Part shown: piece after piece, positions 44,601-55,685 of the stretch
How the letters are laid out: the number at the start of each line of letters is the position of its first letter
How positions within the stretch are numbered: position 1 is the first letter of the stretch
Source of the DNA: Azolla caroliniana
Lineage: Eukaryota > Plantae > Polypodiophyta
Assembly: GCA_043228905.1 (NCBI GenBank)
Contig: JBHGNT010000007.1
Location: 7,006,001-7,070,000 of the forward strand
Direction: 5' to 3'
Length of the DNA stretch: 64,000 bases
Notes under the pieces: model-generated
Told to the model about the DNA's origin: nothing
What the model saw: only the letters and a program-made list of their open reading frames with translations
Databases searched by the model: none
Program-made: the position numbers and the translations under genes

Positions 44601-47052
44601 CAAGATTGGACAGCAAAGTCCAACATCAACAGAATGTTCTGGACCATCAAAAAGCTCAGATGGTAAATCTGATTCAAATTCTTGGAGTGGAAAAAGTGGA
44701 GGACACAAAAAATGTGATGATAAAAAAGGAAAACAGAAAATGCCAGAGTATGAAATCCCGGATGATCTATCAAAAAACATGGAAGATGAAGATTCAGATA
44801 TGTCTTTGGATGATTTCCTTGGAATACAGGAAATGAAAATCCCTGGTATGGAAAAGGCAATAAAGAATGCAAATCAGAAACTGAGAAGATCAGATAGAGA
44901 GAAAAAGACTGTGGAAAGATTTGGGTATGATACATACATGGCTATGCATTATGCATACATGTCTAAGGTGGTACAGATCCCTGATCCAAACAGCTTCGAA
45001 GAAGCAAAATCTGAGAAGAAATGGATGGATGCAATGCAAGAAGAGATTGATGCATTGGCTGAGAACAAAACGTGGGATTTAGTGAAGTTACCAAAAGAGA
45101 AAAATGTGGTAGGCTGCAAATGGGTCTACAAGACAAAGCATGACTCCAATGGGAATGTAAGTAGACATAAAGCAAGATTGGTTGCAAAAGGATATGCTCA
45201 GATGCAAGGGATTGATTATGATGAGACTTTTGCACCGGTTGCAAAGATGGCAACCTTGAGAACACTACTTGTTGTAGGAGCAGCCAGAAAATGGATTTTG
45301 CATCACATGGATGTAAAAAATGCTTTTTTACATGGTAACTTGGAAGAAGAAGTGTATATGAGTCAACCACCAGGTTTTGAAGATAAGAAACAACCTGATT
45401 ATGTATGTAAGCTGAAAAAAGCTCTCTATGGACTGAAACAGGCACCAAGAGCATGGCACAGAGAACTTTCAGATTCTCTGAAAAATCTTGGTTTCAAAAT
45501 GTCAAAAGCTGATCCTTCTTTGTATGTAAAAAGTGAAAATGATTGCATTGTTATTATTCTGATTTATGTGGATGATTTGATTATTGGAGGAGATTCCGTG
45601 GATGAAATAAGAAAGTTGAAAAAAAATCTGGAAATGCAGTTTCATATGAAAGATTTGGGAGATCTGAGATATTTTCTTGGTATTGAAATCATCAGATCTG
45701 AAAGTGGTATATGTATGTTGCAAAAACAGTATGCAACAACTATGTTGAAAAAGTATGGTATGCTTGGATGCAAACCTATTGCTGTACCACTTGATAAAAA
45801 CTGCAAGTTGAGGGCTGATTTGGGAGCCAAGATAGAAGATGTAAACATGTACAGGTCTATGGTGGGCAGCCTTATTTATTTGACTATAACAAGACCTGAT
45901 TTGAGCTATGCTGTTGGATTAGTCAGCCAGTTTATGCAACAGCCAACAAAGCCACATTTGGACTGCATCAGAAGGATTCTGAGGTATGTAAAAGCAACTC
46001 AGAACTTTGGACTATTTTACAGGGCTGATCTAGACATAAATCTGGAAGGATATACAGATGCTGATTGGGCTGGAAGCCAAACAGACAGGAGATCCACAAG
46101 TGGATACATGTTTACCCTGGGAAGTGCAGGAATTTCATGGAGTAGCAAGAAACAGGCTACTGTTGCATTGTCCAGTACAGAAGCTGAGTATAGAGGGGCT
46201 GCAATAGCCACATGTGAAGAAGTATGGATCAGAAGACTGCTTGCTGATCTGGGAGTATATATAGATGGTGCTGTCACAATCTGGTGTGACAATATGAGCA
46301 GCATTCAGCTTGCAAAGAACCCAGTGTTCCATGCAAGAACAAAGCACATTGAGGTGCATTATCACTTTGTTAGAGAAAAAGTGATGGAAGGTGAAGTTGA
46401 TCTGGTGTATGTGAATACAAGCCAGCAGGTTGCTGATATTCTCACAAAGGGATTGAGTGTGGAAAAGCATACACAGTTTCGGAACATGATGGGAGTTGTA
46501 AACATTGATGAGATGGCTAAAAAGCAAAATGGAAAAGAAGATTGAAGAGAACCTCAAGCAAGAATAAGTTGAGCTTGAGGGGGAGTGTTGAGAAGCAAGC
46601 TCAACATGGTATGTGATGCTTATGAGAAATAAGCTATAGTAGCTATTTAGCTACTAGTGAACAAAAAGGTAAAACAGCTATTTAGCTAGTGACAGCTAAT
46701 TAGCTAGTGAACAGCTATTTAGCGACTGACAGCTAATTAGCTACTGGCAGCTAATTAGCTGCATGTGTAATAACTTATGACTTAGGTAAAAGTAAGTGAG
46801 AGTGAATAGGAAGTAAGTAGTAAGGAAAAAACAGAGAATAGTGAGTAGAGAACTCTGAGAGAGAGTGAGAGACCAGAAGACTGACGAGAGCAAGTTGAGC
46901 TCTACATGTAATAGAAGAAAACCATTTTGCTACTACAGAGGTAAGTCCCCTTTCCTTTCTCTGTCTGTTTAGAGCACGCTAACGATCCAGCACACTACGA
47001 TCCGCCGCGCACATAAGAAGAGCCCGAGTGCCTTCTTCACGTTTTCTTAACA
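41606..47052 (+). mobile_element. Intact, very recent Ty1/copia LTR retrotransposon (5447 bp)
   Basis: LTRs 41606-42072 and 46586-47052 (467 bp; one mismatch, 41734 A vs 46714 G). TSD AAGAG. PBS TGGTATCAGAGC at 42073-42084; PPT ttgagggggag at 46575-46585. Single uninterrupted ORF. Confidence 0.98.
42217..46545 (+). CDS. Copia Gag-Pol polyprotein (1442 aa): Gag/CCHC, protease, integrase, RT, RNase H
   Basis: CWYCGKPGHTQAEC; WYVDSGASNHM; WHKRIGH...CEACQYGK; HTDVWGP, RSDGGGEY, QNGVAERKNR; ARLVAKG, MDVKNAFLHG, YVDD; YTDADWAG, SSTEAEY, RTKHIEVHYHF. Confidence 0.98.
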   Translation: MAAENVGQMVTEKLDKNNFPAWKFRMTNFLMGKGYWDYIEGDLEEAPEIPEENATAAHIKAFKDWNQGARKVMHWLSLSISDSMLGHIQDAMLPKEAWDNLVKLFAVNTKARKLQLKTELNTLEKGKMSINEYALKIKSICESLASINVKIEDDDKVEICLRGLGPQYKSFKTSMLTRDSIPSFSDLVSMLVVEERNQMDDANKGNSENEGQALYNNAGRGRGRGHGRFGSGRTNNNGFQGRGQQAHRGGNNNRGRGSNRGRGKQTYVNDDGCWYCGKPGHTQAECYKKQNDEKRGKGQQSNYASTSEDCEKEGVFVVQHEIAAVAESSQKCNEEFTWYVDSGASNHMTGHANWFESLREPKVPGYVQTGDDTTHQIKHVGDIPLWEERGKTKYMLNVMHVPNLAKNLISVGQIVEQGMQVKFKQSGCYIEKNGKLIAKGKRQGRMFILDVEMPKHISAMFANGTSVISDVEMWHKRIGHISMQTLKNMLRKDAVAGLPNLKKCEMGKVCEACQYGKQNRLPFPHERHVSKNLLDLVHTDVWGPTKNASIGGCRFYVTFIDDCSRKTWVYFMKEKSEVFDCFRKFKCMVEKQAGTRIKCLRSDGGGEYFSNEFSDFLCNQGIRRQFTCRYTPQQNGVAERKNRTLVNIARAMMTEKNMPLYYWAEAVNTANYILNRCITSGVHEATPEECFYGRKPSLQHLKVFGCLAYVHVPAEVRSKLDPKAEKCIFVGYSEEQKGYRCYNPVTKKIVTSRDVIFDELASWYSPKQNPETDEDNEIEDKDKSENVEDCHRDGSKIGQQSPTSTECSGPSKSSDGKSDSNSWSGKSGGHKKCDDKKGKQKMPEYEIPDDLSKNMEDEDSDMSLDDFLGIQEMKIPGMEKAIKNANQKLRRSDREKKTVERFGYDTYMAMHYAYMSKVVQIPDPNSFEEAKSEKKWMDAMQEEIDALAENKTWDLVKLPKEKNVVGCKWVYKTKHDSNGNVSRHKARLVAKGYAQMQGIDYDETFAPVAKMATLRTLLVVGAARKWILHHMDVKNAFLHGNLEEEVYMSQPPGFEDKKQPDYVCKLKKALYGLKQAPRAWHRELSDSLKNLGFKMSKADPSLYVKSENDCIVIILIYVDDLIIGGDSVDEIRKLKKNLEMQFHMKDLGDLRYFLGIEIIRSESGICMLQKQYATTMLKKYGMLGCKPIAVPLDKNCKLRADLGAKIEDVNMYRSMVGSLIYLTITRPDLSYAVGLVSQFMQQPTKPHLDCIRRILRYVKATQNFGLFYRADLDINLEGYTDADWAGSQTDRRSTSGYMFTLGSAGISWSSKKQATVALSSTEAEYRGAAIATCEEVWIRRLLADLGVYIDGAVTIWCDNMSSIQLAKNPVFHARTKHIEVHYHFVREKVMEGEVDLVYVNTSQQVADILTKGLSVEKHTQFRNMMGVVNIDEMAKKQNGKED

Positions 47053-48698
47053 AAGAGAAGTGCATATAATAGAGCGATTTTCTACCAAATGGAAACCATG
47101 TTTCATATACCTCTTATATATTATCAAATTTGGGAACCTTTATCTACTTTGCCTATTCTTGCACATTATTCTAAAATTGGTGGCAAATGAGCAATGTAAA
47201 GACTGATTATTAATAACCAAAATTCAATCCTCACGACAAAGACTAATGATGTTTATGATAAGTTGATTGAAGATGGAGCTTCATTATGTTGGCATAAAAG
47301 GCCAACTCCTTCCACTTTGTATCCGTACTAGTGTGAACACGTCCAATAGTGAGGGCTTCAGTATATAAGCCCTAACCTAACGTTGTAATATGTGTTGCTT
47401 GATCATCTTGTATCTTGAGTCTCTGAGTGAGAGAAAAACAGAGAATAACGAGAATCACCATTGAAGCTTAACTTCTTGTCTATCTACTCCTTTAGCTACA
47501 TATGTGTGTAAGGTGTTTGTTGTGCATAACCGACAGGTTCTCAAATGTTCTTCCGCGCATATCTGCTCACAAGTGGTATCAAAGCGAACCTGCTACTCGG
47601 CAACAACAAAACAACAAAGACAAGTTAGATGCAATTCGACACAACGAAAAACCCGTTATGATGTCAGCTGAAGAGCGGAGATAATTAGACGAAATTGCAC
47701 GCTCCACCATCCGAATGCATTTGGCCGAGAATGTCTACTTCAGTATGGCCAAGGAGACGACAACCTTCTCATTATGGGAGAAGTTGCAAGTAGTGTACGA
47801 AAAGAAGTCCTCCTCGCCGAAACTCATATTGATTCGACAACTATTCAATATGAAGATAAGAGAGTCAGATCCTGAAACCTCCCACATCAACACCTTCAAT
47901 CGGGTGTTGTCTGAACTATCCTCCCAAGGGATTAACTTCGAAGAAGAAATGAAAGCCCTTGCCCTCTTGTCGAGCTTGCCAACGAATTGGGAGGTATTCT
48001 ACACGACATTTGCCAACAACTGTTGTCGTGAAGAAAACCGTCCCCAGGCGCAAACCGTGTATAGCATGCATGAACCGGCCCTTACACGTGGGCACGCCCC
48101 TTGTTGTATAGTAGATAGGTAGGCACAAAAGTCGAATCCTAGGTAGCAATATTCTATAGGGAGAATCGAAGAGTATCTCTCTCCGAAAGGACATAGAATT
48201 AACGTGATGTAAACGGGTCAACGACCTCCCTCCTTGAGCTATAAAAGAGAGGGAGACGGGGAGAGCAGGGGGGGCGCTTGAGAGGACGAAGTGTTGTCGG
48301 ACTGGGACTCCATAGCTTTCTTTTGCGCAGGTTCTCGAGAGGCTGATTCTGCTCCGTGGAACACCCGTGTGCTTCCGGTAGAATCTCCATCTTGCTCCCT
48401 TGTGTGCGTGGGTGATCAGGCGTCGGCATTCATCTCGTCGACATGATCGGCTGTAACCGTTTGAGTCGTCTGCATACATATATTTATATACATACACTAG
48501 TGTTCTTATACTGTATCTCCTGCTCCACTCGTGTCTCCTGTGTTGTTGGGCCGCGTTCCCGTGCGCTTCTTTGTCTATACGTGTGTGAGCGTGTCTCTCT
48601 CTCTCTCTCTCTCCCTTTTCTCACCTATTCCTCGGTCCAAGACCCAGGTGGTCCCGCCTTGTTCTGCACGCACGCGTGTAACAACGCAACATCTCTTT

Positions 48699-48716
48699 TG
48701 GTGAACCCGACGTGAA
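48699..48716 (+). promoter_or_regulatory. Primer-binding site complementary to tRNA-Trp 3' end
   Basis: Reverse complement TTCACGTCGGGTTCACCA matches the 3' end of plant cytosolic tRNA-Trp(CCA), from memory. An identical site lies at 53932-53949 on the minus strand. Confidence 0.8.
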
Positions 48717-51085
48717 CAGGCGGCAGAGGAGTAGAAGATGAGGGGGTCGGACCTCGCAGAAACCATGGCTTCGGCTGTGGACCGTATAGTGAGTGCGCGC
48801 GAAGGCACCAACGCCCTTGATAGGGCTATCGAGGCGGTTGTCGGTACGATTGACCGGTTTAGTGGGAAGGATGCCACGAACTACTTGGCGTCCTACCGGG
48901 CTGAGATGGTAATGAGGGACATTCCGGAAGAGAGGCGTCTAGCCGGATTCCCTCGAGTGGCGATGCCGGGCATCCATACGGAGGTGCTCGAGGTACGGGC
49001 CGAGAGCCGGACCTGGGAGGAGTTCGAAGGTCGGCTCCTTGAAAAATACGGGCTTGAAGACGCGCTTCGACTTTCGAAGCGGGACTTCATGGAGTGGGTG
49101 GAGACCCCTGACACAGGAAGGAACGCGTCGGTGCTCCTCCGGGAGTTTGAGGAACGCTTCGCGCGCCTCTCGGTGCTTGACCGGACCATTCTGGACACAA
49201 GTCGTGTCCTATTGTCTGTTAAGTCAGTTGACGAGCGGGATCGGGAGCAAGTAGGCCTCCTATTGGAGACTGATGACGGGCTAACGGCCGACTGGGCTGT
49301 GGTGAAGAGGGTTTGTGGCCGTTTTGACAAACGACGGGAATGGGTTGACAAAGGATCGACAGGGGCGGGCTCTGTCGCAGCAAGGAAGCTCGAGCCAACA
49401 CCACCAACGCGAAGGGAAGAGACCCGAGATTGGCTCGAGACCGGATCGGCTTCGACCGGCATGGTCAAGGGCTCGAACGGGGGAGCAGCTCTGGAGGAAC
49501 AGACACAGATGGTAAAGGATCTCCAGATCGCCCAGGCACGGAGGGATGGTGGCGAACAAGCCCGTGACCGACGACCTCTGGCTGGAAGCAGGTGCATGTG
49601 GTGTGACGCGGTTGGCCACATCCGGAAGGACTGCGGGGACTTCGCCGAGGTGTTGAGAAGCAACGTGGTGTACCTGTGGAACGGTCGGGTGCACGCCAGT
49701 GAGACTCGAAGGGCCTTGGACTTGAACGTCGGGCGAGGAGGTATGGAAAGGCTAATGGAGGAGGCAGCGGCTCGTCACGCGGAGACCATCCACTACTCGA
49801 CGTCAGCTGGTATTCAGGCCGGAGGTGGGGAGGCCCCGAAGACGAACAAAGCCGGGTTCTGGCCGACGATGCTAGAAGGCCTCGCCGACGCACGACTAAG
49901 GAAAGAAGAGGCGGACCGTTGTCGCGTTGTTATGCGCGTGCGTGGAGAAAGGCGGGACCACGGGGGTCTTGGACTAGGGAGTGACGGAGCGTAGGAAGTC
50001 GCGCTTCACCGTTTCCGGGGGATCCCAGAAGAACACCGGAAGCTACCGAAGGGAGAGAGAGAGAGAGAGGGAGCGCGCGCTTAACACCGACTCACGCACA
50101 CACACGCACACACACACACACATGCCGACCCTACTCACGCCCTTATGTACAAGAAACGCAGGAAAGGGGAAGCACCCGACACCAACAAAGATGCGAATAT
50201 ACACAGACAGATGCAACGTATATATATATATATATATATATATAAAAGGAAGAATACATTCCCGGCGTCGAGCCGGACCAAGGTAGGTTACAGTAGTCGT
50301 CAGCTGCCAAGCCGCCGGTCGGGGAGCTCACGGGCTCGTTGCGCCGAGCGGGGTCTTGCGCAGGAGATGAGCAGAAGCAAACCCTAAACAAACACGAAGG
50401 GGGAGAAGAAGAAGAAGAAGAAGAAGAAGAAGAAGAAGAAGAAGAAGAAGAAGAAACTAACTCTAAACCTAACGGTATACCCTCTAATGCAAAATGGGCA
50501 ACCCTTTCACAAAGGGCGTTCCCTTCCTTTTATAGAACAAGGAGAGGGATGCGTTACAATGTGGGATAAATCCCGACTTACATATTCTTCGACGCCATAA
50601 AGGCGCCCTCGATATTCACACTAAATGTACATGGGTGCGTACACACACTGCAACCCTCCGATGTAGCCAATGTTTCTCGGTTTCTGCCTCTGGCCGAAAT
50701 TCTTCACGACATCCGCCCCCACCTAACTGCACGTCCACCGGTACGTGCCAAATATGGTTGAAGGGTGAGAGATTTCGGCCGGTGAGAAATCGGTCTCCCG
50801 TGATCCGCATCTCGGCTCGCTGCCGGTTCGATCCGTCGGCTTCGAGTCTTCCTTCGCGCTTGCCTCCCCGTAGGCTCGTTCGACCCGTTGATGGGCCCTC
50901 TGCCGCGATCTTCGTAGTACGCGTACTTCCGTTGGCCCTTGTTCGGCCGTATGAACGCCCCGCTTCCCGCCGTAGGCCCGATGTCCTCCGCTTGAGGCAT
51001 GCCCGTAGTGGCCTGCTTGGCCTCCGTTGATCATTCGCGTCGTCCTGATTCCCGTCCCTTGTCGTTTCGCGTTGCCCTCGTCCTC

Positions 51086-52205
51086 TCGCCGCCACCTTCC
51101 TTCTCCATGGTCTTACATCGCTGCGTCGGCTCGAACCGCCATGGTCTCCGGAACGGTGTGGAGGATCCCTTTCCGACCTGATCGTGCATCGCCGCCCACC
51201 CGCATACCGGCGTCCTTTGCATCCAAGGAACACCCCGTAGCAGCCCGCTTGGCCCTTCCCGTCTTCATGCTGCTGAAGTAGGTCCTGAGACTTCCGCTTG
51301 CTGTCGTCCCCTCACCCCCACCAGTTTGTCACCCCGGGCTTGCCGTGTCAGTCTTCGCTACTTCGACGGAGCTCCCAAGATCTACGACGCGAGTGTGGAG
51401 GATCCTCCTCCGGCCTCTCTTGCCATCCCTTGACTTCGACCTTGTGCAGTCCACTAGGCACTTGTCACCTTGTTCCCGGCACCTCCCTTGTGCCGTCTTC
51501 TGCTTCCTTCGTTCGGCCCCGCCCGCGCCGAACACCGTCCCGTAGTCACGCTTCGATCCAGCCCGCAATGGCCACTTGCGAGACCCTTGTTCTGTCCCAG
51601 GAGTGCCTTTCCGGCCTGACACACCTCCCCGTGTTTGCCCCTACCGGCTCCTTCCGAAACCTCGTATCGTCGAGTCCCGTTCCCTGCCGCCACCGTCCTT
51701 CTCCATCGGTCTTACGTTGCCGCGTTGGCCGATCAGCCGAGGTCTCCGGATCGGATTGAGGGTCCCATAGGACCGGACTCCGTTTCTATGCTTGCCGAAA
51801 TTCGGGTGTCTTCTGTTTGAGTCCCTCCCGGACTCTCCTCGTGTCTTCCGCATAGTCTGGTCCCGTTTCCCGTCGCCACCTTCCTTCTCCCTCGGTCTTA
51901 CGTTGCCACGTTGGCCGAACAACCGGAGTCTCCGGTTAAGTGTGGGGATCCCGTAGGACCGGACTTCCTTACGCCCATTGCCTTCGTCACCTCGCCGCCA
52001 CCGTCAGTATCTTGGTCTTACGTCGACCGCGTTGCCGACTGCCGAAGTCTCTAGAACCGGTGTGAAGGATCCTCCGTAGGCCTCCAATTTGTAGCCCTTG
52101 CCTTCGTCACCTCGCCGCCACCGTCAGTATCTTGGTCTTACGTCGACCGCGTTGCCGACTACCGAAGTCTCTAGAACCGGTGTGAAGGATCCTCCGTAGG
52201 CCTCC
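51086..52205. repeat. Five-copy internal repeat in the gag-only element (last two copies a near-perfect 120-bp tandem)
   Basis: cgccacc.tc...ggtcttac.t.g...cgt.g...gtctc recurs at ~51090, 51688, 51874, 51996 and 52116. Confidence 0.8.
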
Positions 52206-53305
52206 GATTCATATTCCCGACCCTGTCCGGGGTCGTCCCTTTCCACATGCTGAGAGGGCGGTTTACTCCGCACCCTCTCCCGTGTTACCGTCGTACCGTG
52301 TCCTCGGCCTCTTCGTAGGCCTGCTGCTCTCTTCCTCCCTCCCAGAATGGTCATCCGGGAGTTCGCTCCGCCCGGTTCTCGCTCGGGTCCGTTCGTCCTT
52401 CCATCTCTCGACCTTCGCCCGATCGGTCTTTCTCCCCATGTAAAAGAGGGCGGCTCGTCCCGCACCCTCTTCCGTTTTGGCACTTTCATGTCGAATCTGG
52501 CCCCGATCGAACAATCCACGATCGGATCACGCTCCACCCGTATCGGAATACCGATTTCCTCGTGCCGCTTCCGTCCTCGGCCTCCTCGCAGGCAGTTTCC
52601 CATCCGACTTCGCTGGCATCGTGCCAGGACTCCTCGGTACCGTCATCCATCTCCTCGGTCTTGCATGGGCATACGGGCCTGAATGCCGAGTTCTCCGGAA
52701 TTGGGTCCGCGGGCTTTCGTTCGCTCCTTCCCCGTATCGTCTCGTCGGTGATTCTTGGCCTTTCGCCGCCGCCTTCCTCTGCTTGGGACTCACGTGGGCA
52801 CTCGGGCCCGACTGCCATCGTCTCGGGAGCAAGTGTGGGAAGACACAAAGAATCGCCCGTCCGATTTACGCCCTTGTCCGTAGCCACCGGCTCTCCGTGG
52901 TCGGCGGTCGTCTTCTTACCGATAGCGCAAGCCCCGTCCGGGCTTGCTTCTCCAATGACCGGGATCTCGGGCTGACACGCCCGAAACCGCTGGTCCCAAC
53001 GTTCCGGTTCCGCGATCGGTATCTCGGCCTCGTCCTTGGCCGTTCTATCTCTGCAAGTCGAGAGGGCGTTTTGTTCCGCACCCTCTCCCGTGGTACCGAT
53101 CTTCCGTCGTCGCGTGGGGCAAGTCCGTCTCCTCAGTCTTGGCTTGCGGCCTTGATCTTTCCTCTTCCTCGAGCATCGCCTCGAGAGCTGCGTACGCCTC
53201 CGCAATCCTGGCCCCAACACCGATCCTTGCCAACTCCCTTTTCCATTCGGCTTCTTCCCGCTGTGATGGCACGCCGTCGCGCCCCTTCCTCTTAGCCTTC
53301 TCGGC

Positions 53306-53887
53306 TCACTCGTTGTCTAGCCGTTGGCACACCCTTCCGACCTTCGACCAGTCCTCCGTAAGCCCATTCGCCCCGTCATCATCTTCGAGCTCAATCCCGA
53401 TGGCCTCCTGTTCCGCTCGGTCGATCGACCTGACGAACAATAGGACCTTGTCCGCCCCCACCAAACCTTGTTCCCGCTCCGGGAGCCGAGCAAGCCATCG
53501 CTCGAACTCTCGGAACGCCTTCGTCGCGCCCCGGTGGGTCTTTGCCGATGCTACCCATTGGTCGAAATCATGTCGTCCCTGGCTCTTCCGCCGTCCTCTG
53601 TATGCCTTCAGGAGCGCCTCCTCGAAGGCCTCCCACAAACCATGAGCCTCACGGAGCTCCTTTACTTCCGCATGCATCCGGACAACTACGACCCAACAGA
53701 AGAACTCCAACCTTAACGCCTCGTCTACGCCACACTCCTCCATTTCCGCGTTGTAGGCTTCCAAGTAAGATGGGACTTTGTCCCTGTTGAAACGGCCGAC
53801 TCTTTCGACCACTCGCTCAACCGCTTGTTGCGCTGCTTCTCGCCTTATCACCACTCGTGCTGACTCCAACACCACTTCGGCCACCAT
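53306..53887 (-). CDS. Gag capsid-like N-terminal ORF of the gag-only element (continues past a stop into an acidic low-complexity tail)
   Basis: Aligns by eye to the middle element's Gag. RFNRDKVPSYLEAYNAEM vs RFSGKDATNYLASYRAEM; VLLFVRSIDRAEQEAIGIELEDDDGANGLTEDWSKVGRVCQRLD vs VLLSVKSVDERDREQVGLLLETDDGLTADWAVVKRVCGRFD. Confidence 0.75.
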   Translation of the reverse strand: MVAEVVLESARVVIRREAAQQAVERVVERVGRFNRDKVPSYLEAYNAEMEECGVDEALRLEFFCWVVVVRMHAEVKELREAHGLWEAFEEALLKAYRGRRKSQGRHDFDQWVASAKTHRGATKAFREFERWLARLPEREQGLVGADKVLLFVRSIDRAEQEAIGIELEDDDGANGLTEDWSKVGRVCQRLDNE

Positions 53888-54253
53888 CTCCGCAAGGTCG
53901 TCGTCTTCGACTCCATCCTCCCTTGCCGCCTTTCACGTCGGGTTCACCAAAGATGTCGCGTTGTTACGCGCGTGCGTGGAGAAAGGCGGGACCACGGGGG
54001 TCTTGGACTAGGGAGTGACGGAGCGTAGGAAGTCGCGCTTCACCGTTTCCGGGGGATCCTAGAAGAACACCGAAAGCTACCGAAGGGAGAGAGAGAGAGA
54101 GAGGGAGCGCGCGCTTAACACCGACTCACACACACACACGCACACACACACACACACATGCCGACCCTACTCACGCCCTTATGTACAGGAAATGCAAGAA
54201 AGGGGAAGCACCCGACACCAACAGAGACGCGAATATACACAGATAGACGCAAC

Positions 54254-54294
<41 letters not shown>

Positions 54295-55685
54295 GAAGAA
54301 TACATTCCCGGCGTCGAGCCGGACCAAGGTAGGTTACAGTAGTCGTCAGCTGCCAAGCCGCCGGTCGGGGAGCTCACGGGCTCGTTGCGCCGAGCGGGGT
54401 CTTGCGCAGGAGATGAGCAGAAGCAAACCCTAAACAAACACAAAGGGGGAGAAGAAGAAGAAGAAGAAGAAGAAGAAGAAGAAGAAACTAACTCTAAACC
54501 TAACGGTATACCCTCTAATGCAAAATGGGCAACCCTTTCACAAAGGGCGTTCCCTTCCTTTTATAGAACAAGGAGAGGGATGCGTTACAATGTGTGATAA
54601 ATCCCGACTTACATATTCTTCGACGCCATAAAGGCGCCCTCGATATTCACACTAAATGTACATGGGTGCGTACACACACTGCAACCCGCCGATGTAGCCA
54701 ATGTTTCTCGGTTTCCGCCTCTGGCCGAAATTCTTCATGACACCGCGCGGAAAAACGAGTCTGGGAGGTAACCGGGTGGAGTGACCCGGTGGAAGAAAAG
54801 ACGGGCTTTGTCGAAGCCGCTTGTCAAAACTACGAGGCTCTGGTGGAGGACAAGCGGGTAGAAAAAACCGGAGGGGCCGAACCCTCGCAACGATATGAAA
54901 CTTGATTCAGGCAAAGGCGGAATGAGGCCGGTGTAACCGGCGCCCAGGATAATCCCAAGAAGGGCGGGTACTAGCTGGGCACAGAAATCGAAAGATCCAT
55001 GGACCTGCGAAAGGTCCTGGAAGAACGAATCCTTGACAGCAAGGTGGAACTGTCGCTGAGGGAAGTGCTCGGGATCGCTAAGAAGGAGTTCCACGACTCC
55101 ATCGTAGACTTGGTGAAGAGGAAGAGGCTGTCGACGGAGTCAGAACCGGAGAAGCCGGTGGAGGTGTGGACGACGCACATAGAGGACATGGCGTTGGAAG
55201 ACGAGTTGGCAGAGAGCCACTATTCGCGGCCGCACTGGGCCAGAGCGACCACGGAGACCTCCGTGAAGATCGGAGATGTTCATGAACCGGTGGTGGCGTT
55301 GGTGGACCACGGTTCAGAAATCAATTTGATGTCCATGGACTTCTACAAGAAGGGGAAATGACCGATCAACACCAAGCACGGGTGGACAACGGGCAGCGAC
55401 GCGTGCCACCGAAGAACTGCATGGAGCCTGCCCGAATGTACGAGTAAAGATCGGCGATGTCGAGATTGACCAGCACTTCTTCGTGCAGGAGACGTCCTCA
55501 CATCCGGTTATACTAGGAGAACCGTACATCACGGCAGCACGGATGGAGACCAAGGTGTTGGACAACAGCTCGGCCTATGCAAGGGTCAAGAGCCAAGATG
55601 GGCGTCACTTGGTCCAGTTCCTGACGGTGAGACCGAACCATGAGCGGAACCGCGAGACCCTCGGGGGCGAAAGCTGAGAGGATTT

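Larger units (their letters stand above)
49920..54742 (-). mobile_element. Non-autonomous gag-only LTR element (inner layer), Trp PBS, no pol
   Basis: LTRs 49920-50711 and 53954-54742 (~2% divergent by eye). TSD CCGT/CCGC. PBS 53932-53949; PPT 50712-50727. The ~3.2-kb interior has a Gag-like ORF but no recognisable PR/RT/RH/INT motifs. Confidence 0.9.

Noticed and set aside
48699-48716. tRNA-Trp sequence as a tRNA gene (also 53932-53949)
   Set aside because: Only the 18-nt 3' end including CCA is present, next to an LTR; it is a PBS.
50616-53295. Many overlapping long ORFs on both strands as captured host genes or env
   Set aside because: GC-rich sequence with few stops; no transmembrane segment or recognisable domain beyond the Gag-like N-terminus.
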